Origin: Psammoneis japonica | Lineage: Eukaryota | Reading direction: 5' to 3' | DNA length: 52,223 nt | NCBI GenBank assembly: GCA_008632985.1 | Contig: QPGO01000334.1 | Coordinates: 1-52,223 of the forward strand | In this document: positions 46,566 to 52,223 of the stretch, piece by piece | Layout: every line of letters begins with the position of its first letter | Numbering within the stretch: position 1 is the stretch's first letter | Notes under the pieces: model-generated | The model's input: only the letters and a program-made list of their open reading frames with translations | Databases searched by the model: none | Told to the model about the DNA's origin: nothing | Made by a program: the position numbers and the translations under genes

Positions 46566-47786
46566 TCATATCGTAAGCGGAGTGTTTGTATTGTAGTCTT
46601 TGGCTTGCTGGCATTCCAAGTCAGTGACAAAAGGCAACTGACTGACAATATCAAAGCCGCCCACACAGTACATCACCGTCACTGCACGTCGATTGACATT
46701 TGCAAAGTGTTGCAGCTTTGTCTCGCTTTGCTTTGGATCACCATCAGCCGATAGTTGGCGGCTAATTCTGTCATAGGCCACCAAAATCATCCACTGATAC
46801 AACACGGCCCATCGAAAGTTTTGCAGCATTGTGCTGAATGGAAATTCCGCGTGCAACTCTGGATTACACTTTTTAAGTTCATCATGATACTGCTGGAGCC
46901 ACTCCATGGCATTCGAAGCAGCACCTTCATTCAACATCAAAAAGAAAGCAACGTCCGTCATCGGATTGCCAAATCCAGAGGTCGCCCAGTCTATTAAAAA
47001 AGGTTTTTGTCCTTCTTCTCGGGGGAACAAAAAGTTAGAAATGTTAAAGTCGCCATGCACAGCGCAGAGCTGCTGTGAATGAACCATGTCATGGATATCT
47101 CGCAGCCGCCGTAACTCCAGTTGCTCGCAAAGTTTAACAATAAAATCGCGGGCAGCGGTAAAGTCGCCGTTTACCACCTTGATAGCATCAACGGCCTCTC
47201 TCCATTGCTGCACAAAAAGATACTCCTTTTGCAATGGATTCAATCTCTGACCCATTCCAGGAGGTTGCTGTAGGTTCCTTGTCTCGGTAGCAAAGAACTC
47301 TGATTTCCACGTTGAAGCATGAAGACTCGCCATGACACGGGTGACGCAATCCATCTTGTCCTCTGGAGTACCCGAAATCAATTCGTGGCATTCAACATTT
47401 TGGATTCCTTGCAAAATTAGAGAGGAATCGGAACCAAACAGCAGTTTGGGTACTGTGAACGGTAGGTTGTGTGGCAGAGCTGGCGCCAAGATTTCGTAAA
47501 AGACTTTTTCTGTCTCAAACATCCATTCCAGAGAAAAATCTTTTCTCGGCAATTTGACGATCCATTGTGTCGGAATTGATGAGCCTTGAGCCTCTTCACC
47601 CTGAAACTCATACGTCACAATCACTCGATACACTTGCGACAAGACACCTTGATCTAGTCGTTTCCAGGTCAAGCTCTGGATTCCTGTGAAATTCGTCCCA
47701 AGATCCTTCCAGTTCTGACGTAGAATTTTTGCAAAACGTTCCTTGGTCAGATCTTCAATGGCATCAAAGTGAAAAGAGCTCGTCAT
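46566..47786 (-). CDS. Ecdysteroid-kinase-like / choline-aminoglycoside phosphotransferase family protein, 406 aa
   Basis: GVLSQVYR, IVK, E..FY, HGDFNISNFLF and IDWA..G.GNP..DVAFFL. Confidence 0.85.
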   Translation of the reverse strand: MTSSFHFDAIEDLTKERFAKILRQNWKDLGTNFTGIQSLTWKRLDQGVLSQVYRVIVTYEFQGEEAQGSSIPTQWIVKLPRKDFSLEWMFETEKVFYEILAPALPHNLPFTVPKLLFGSDSSLILQGIQNVECHELISGTPEDKMDCVTRVMASLHASTWKSEFFATETRNLQQPPGMGQRLNPLQKEYLFVQQWREAVDAIKVVNGDFTAARDFIVKLCEQLELRRLRDIHDMVHSQQLCAVHGDFNISNFLFPREEGQKPFLIDWATSGFGNPMTDVAFFLMLNEGAASNAMEWLQQYHDELKKCNPELHAEFPFSTMLQNFRWAVLYQWMILVAYDRISRQLSADGDPKQSETKLQHFANVNRRAVTVMYCVGGFDIVSQLPFVTDLECQQAKDYNTNTPLTI

Positions 47787-50078
47787 GATTCTGTTTGACA
47801 GTAAGTTTTTGCAGAAAAATCTTCAAGCGAAGATTCCATGCAATAAGTCGGCCGAACACACCAATCGCCCAAACGGCAATAGAATTTCCAGACAATCCTC
47901 AGGAACCTTTTCCGCTGCACAAAACAGCAGTCGTCTTGATTGCTGACTAGTCTAGGGTACTATACGGATTCTCAAAGAAGAGTTTAACACCACACCATTC
48001 AATGCTATCTGTAGTGCCCTGTGGTACAGTGCTGTGTATGTATTCAGTGTAGACTATTATGTGTACCTAGAGAGGGCCCTACGGTCTACGGTATGATGTT
48101 GATGCTGTTGCGCGCGAAAATTCATCGCGTGCGGGCACGTCCCTGCTTTTGTCTGGGTCTTCGTCGCACAGTGTCATTTCTGTTTCAATCGAAAGCGGTT
48201 TGGCTGGTGGACTTCTGCCTTGGATCAGTTTTGGCGGGAGGTCCTCTAATTCGTCGGTGCAGTTGATGTCATGATGTGGAGAGTCCTGCACTGATCCTGC
48301 CAGATGAGCCCCATTTGCAAGTCTCTGGGGCATTTCTCTGGAGCCTCGCTGCAAGCAAAAAAGCTGTGAGCTGTTGCTCCATTCGCCTCCAACTCTTCTT
48401 GCAGCAACCTGCAAGTGATGGAAGCATCATGGCTTGACTTTTTTGTCTTCAGCTGTGAGATGGGTGTTGGGAGGAGCATTGTGACAGTCAAAAGGAGGGC
48501 AGCACTCTTTCACCGAGAAGAGGACAATTTTCTCATTTGTTTGTTGGCTCCACAGCACAAGTGACTGGCCAGCTCCAGCTTCACATTGCACGCGTGTGTG
48601 CATGATCCATCAAATGGCACACATCACTTCTCCATCAACTCTCACTTCAGCTTTGTTTTTGCCAAGATTGTGGGGCAAGTGCACACACAAAAAAAGTTTT
48701 TTGTTTGCACTTGTTGCACTTCTTGTGTGACATGATTTTTTTGGCATCATGTCCAAAGAGTGGAGTTTTTCAAAAGGCACTGCAAAGCACACTTGATGGG
48801 TTTCATTTTGCCTGTGGTTGGAGCCAGCCAAGTGCACTTGTCACAGGCTGCACAGAGCAGCCCACAAAGTGGCGGAAAGTTGGCAAGAATTTGAGAAGGC
48901 TGTGCTGTTGTCTCATGTTTGGAGAAGCATGCTTGTGCTGAGAGAAGCAGCACCAGGACAAGGTTGGGGAGCATGTGGAAAAGTTTCAGGAAAACACAGA
49001 GAAAATTGAAAAAGCTTTGCCAAAGTCTTTTTGCTGGTGTGGTGCCCTCACCTTTTCCTGTGTCAGGAAAGTTGGTCACTTGAGTGCAGACACTGCTGCA
49101 AGCTCTCACAAACAACTCCAAAAGTCTTGACAGTGCACTTGCACCAACAAGTGCTTGAAGTGCTGTCAAGGCAGCAGGCGCACATGATGCTGCCTTGTGT
49201 GGATTCAAAAATGAGCATGACAGTGCTGAAAATCCAGGAGCTGGGGTGCTGCATTCTTTTCAAGAAGAGCAAGTCAAAGACATCATCGTCCATGATGTGT
49301 CACAATGAGCAGAGCACCACGTCATGGGCAAATGCACCTGCTGCTTTGTGCAGCACTGCCCAGCGGCGCAGTTGTTTCCTGAGAGCTGGAAAAGAAGAAA
49401 GGCACACAGCAAGGCACAAGAGCAAGGGTGTGTGTGACCCAAGTCACTGTGCAAAGGCACTGCAATGCTCCAGCTCTTCTCACACTCTTCTCCTGATTGT
49501 TGCGCAGCAGAGCTGGCAGCACGTCGCCATCACTGATGTGGTGCCAGCAACGGAGAAGTGGGGCGCACACTCTGATGAAAAGTGCACACTGCACTGGCTG
49601 CATGCACAAACAACCCATGGCACCTTTCCAGCTTGCTTGTTGACTCACATGTCAATGTGGGGGCATTGAGCAAGGAGCGGTGGCCCCACGCTGCTCACAT
49701 CAGTGTGTTTTTGGCTGGTGTGCGGTGAGAGAAGCTGCGGCTTCCACAAAATGGCCTTGTCACTAAAAGTCTGAGTTGGAACAGACTTGCCTCAACCTTT
49801 TGACAGTGTGACAAGAGAGATTCAGACTTGGATGTGGATGCCGTCGCAAACAACAGGAGCATCGCACATGTGGTTGGTCGCTTTTTTCTTCTCGTGCGGA
49901 AAAGCACGCTGAGCATTGACGGACGGATTCAGGATGGCGGACATACAGCACGCTGTGCCAAAAGTGAAAAGTGCTGCACACACTGCACTCATCAGGCTGC
50001 GTCATGTGTTGTTGCATGAGCTCTACTCATGTTTTGTGTTTGAATAAGTAATTGGGAGGGAAAGCAAAAAGTTGGAAA

Positions 50079-51402
50079 ATGTCAGAGAGCGATCGTCCAG
50101 CTAGTTTACTCAGTGAAAATGAAGCATCCAACACTCTGGCGGAGATGCAGGATAGCGAGAATCATCGTGATGTGCAGAGCCATTCTAAGTTTGAAGACAA
50201 GGTACAAAAGGCCATCCGTCATGTGGTGGTGGATCCAATTAAAAAAGGCGTGACGAAAACAAGCGCATCCGAAAGCATCATCCCCAGCACTCGTCCGATC
50301 CGGACTGCGGTTGCCAATATGAACAAGAAAATGTATGACAAAGTAGTCAACCGAAAGTATGATCCTGTACCATATGCACTACGGATGTACGAAACCAAGG
50401 AGCAACAGGAAGCCATGGAAGAGCCAGACGTTCCTCCAGATGTGGTGCTGCATAATATGGATGATATCATTCTTCGAAAGGTCTTGAAGGGTGTGTCTGT
50501 CAAAGATTATTATGAAACAATTTGGTCAGAAGGCGTCGGCTGTGATAGGGAGCCTTTCTATGGACCATGGCTGTCGGATGGAGGTAAGAATAAGGTCAAT
50601 GTGAAGGACTGGGAGTTTGCAGAACCAGGAAACGAGTTTGAAGCATGGCAGAATGAGAAATTTCCACAAAAACGAGTAAGTACTGTATGATGCGATTTGA
50701 ATCTCATCACTTTCTCCCCTCACCTTTTATGTTGGATGTTTAAAGACTATCGATCTTGAGTTTGTAAGAACCACACATCTGTACGCCGGACCGCCTGTAA
50801 TAAATGTTCATCATACTCATTACTGCCGAACAGAGGGAGACGACCGATGTGTAGTAGCCAAAGTAATACAGATTGAAGGGATTCCTTTGGCTGATTCGTT
50901 TGAAACACAGATTCGATGGGTTGCGTCGCGCACCGGCACTAGCGATCTTTTGATTGAAGTCGGTGTCGCTATTATTTTTGTAAAATCTACCATGTACGTT
51001 CCATCCAAAAGCCATTTTGATTTTCGTTCCATGGCTTGTTGGATCTCATAGGCAAAGCAACTGATCCTCGTTTTTGGTTTTCATGGCAGGTTGGCATCCA
51101 AAATAAAGGCTGGCGCCATTGAAGAAACAACAAAGGGTCAAACCAATCTGTTTGAATGTATGGTAGATGCCCTTGAAGCAGAGACTGCGGAATCTGAACG
51201 GGTCGTTTACGAGCCTGAACCACAAGTTGCCGAAGAGGAGGAGTTGACATCGTGCTCTCGATTTGGTAACTTTCTTTCTCGACTCTTGGGACGGCGAGGC
51301 ATTCTTGCAGACCGTAATGATAGTGTGGCTGTCGGTTTGAGAGGTGTTGATGAAAAGCTCAAATCCGTCATTTCGGCTCTGGAACAATCAATGTGCATCT
51401 AG
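50079..51402 (+). CDS. VASt (StART-like lipid transfer) domain protein, 3 exons
   Basis: FYGPWL...G...V.V..W, GPP, IEGIPLADSFETQIRW and V.IIFVKSTM|LASKI..GA.EET. GT-AG introns at ~50677-50745 and ~50995-51089 keep the frame. Confidence 0.75.
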
Positions 51403-52223
51403 AGCGAGAGAAAGAGATTCTAGAGGGTCTATCATCTGCAAACAAATCATTGGAACAGGTCCTCTTGTGTCTGTCATAAGGTTTTGTTGTGGTAAATCTT
51501 AATCTTTTGCTTATGGAGACACATGCGTTCTCTTGACTGAAGAATGCCTTGACGGCTACAACACAGGAACTTCATTTCAGACATTAGTCTCATGAAATGA
51601 AAGAGGGGTATGTCAGTAGAATGCTTCCTATTCATTGCATTAATCTATCATGTGGGCGTTACAAGACGCTGCAAACCAGATGGAAATGAGTCATTCCTCT
51701 GTCTGATTGTTTCTGTCAATGCAAGATGCTTGCCATCTAATAAGGCTCGCACCATCTGGAACAACTAACTAACTTGAACGAAACAAACATTACTGCCAGC
51801 ACGTCACTGTTGAAAACAGCAAAAGAATAGCTGCTTTCAATTCATTTCCAGCTCGATCATTAGTTCATGTACTTTAGGGGATCGATGACAGCACCTATCT
51901 TTTCGTAGCACCACCCTCATCTTCAGTTTCGATGATAGTCGACGAAGCTCGCTTTTGGTGCAAGAACTTGTCCCCGATTTCTTGTGAGCACAGTGTCTGG
52001 TGATTGTTTACTACCGGTAGCTACACATTATTTTGAAATGCGACAGTTCCCAATATGCTTCCAAAGTTGCTATATACATACAAAAATGTTAAATCTATGT
52101 TCGTGATCCGATCACCGCCGCTCCGTCATTATCATCTCTGCTTGAAATGTTGGGAGCCCGTTCAGTCTCTAATTCGTGGTCGGTCTCTGCCATTGCGTCA
52201 TTCTTCATTCTACTTGGATTTGA

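Noticed and set aside
31250..50020. Many 60-300 aa Cys/His-rich ORFs as metal-binding proteins or evidence of an alternative genetic code
   Set aside because: They overlap in all six frames and are confined to mutated blocks. Neighbouring genes use the standard code with normal Tyr and TAA/TAG stops.
6550..50020. Classical fungal RIP or simple 5mC decay as the full explanation
   Set aside because: RIP generates TpA, whereas TpA is destroyed here. 5mC deamination explains only the CpG part, and TA loss occurs where CpG is retained.
52095..52223. 3' end of a minus-strand gene at the window edge
   Set aside because: There is only a short open frame with no recognisable motif, so support is insufficient.

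Overview
Eukaryotic genomic DNA, very probably from a diatom (ASA|F plastid-targeting motif, DUF6824 protein, 2OG-Fe(II) oxygenase/ankyrin family, short GT-AG introns). About ten ordinary host genes (DUF4419, a membrane protein, DUF3110-like, oxygenase-ankyrin, SENP8/DEN1, Rab1, DUF6824, bestrophin-like, EcKinase-like, VASt) alternate with multi-kb blocks almost devoid of TpA, usually also of CpG, and rich in TpG/CpA. Approximate blocks: 6.55-10.65, 13.3-14.3, 19.0-23.5, 25.7-29.8, 31.3-42.2, 44.6-46.05 and 48.3-50.0 kb. They contain a Ty3/Gypsy relic, part of a RAG1/Transib-like DNA transposon, a MITE-like element and duplicated host genes. Paralog pairs inside the window show that the blocks arose by directional, context-specific transitions: TpA->TpG/CpA (A->G on either strand) plus CpG->TpG/CpA. 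This is a RIP-like, repeat-associated hypermutation whose TpA component runs opposite to fungal RIP. It erases Tyr codons and TAA/TAG stops and creates hundreds of spurious Cys/His/Gln-rich ORFs. This is the main candidate for an undescribed system. All family calls come from motif recognition by eye, not database searches.
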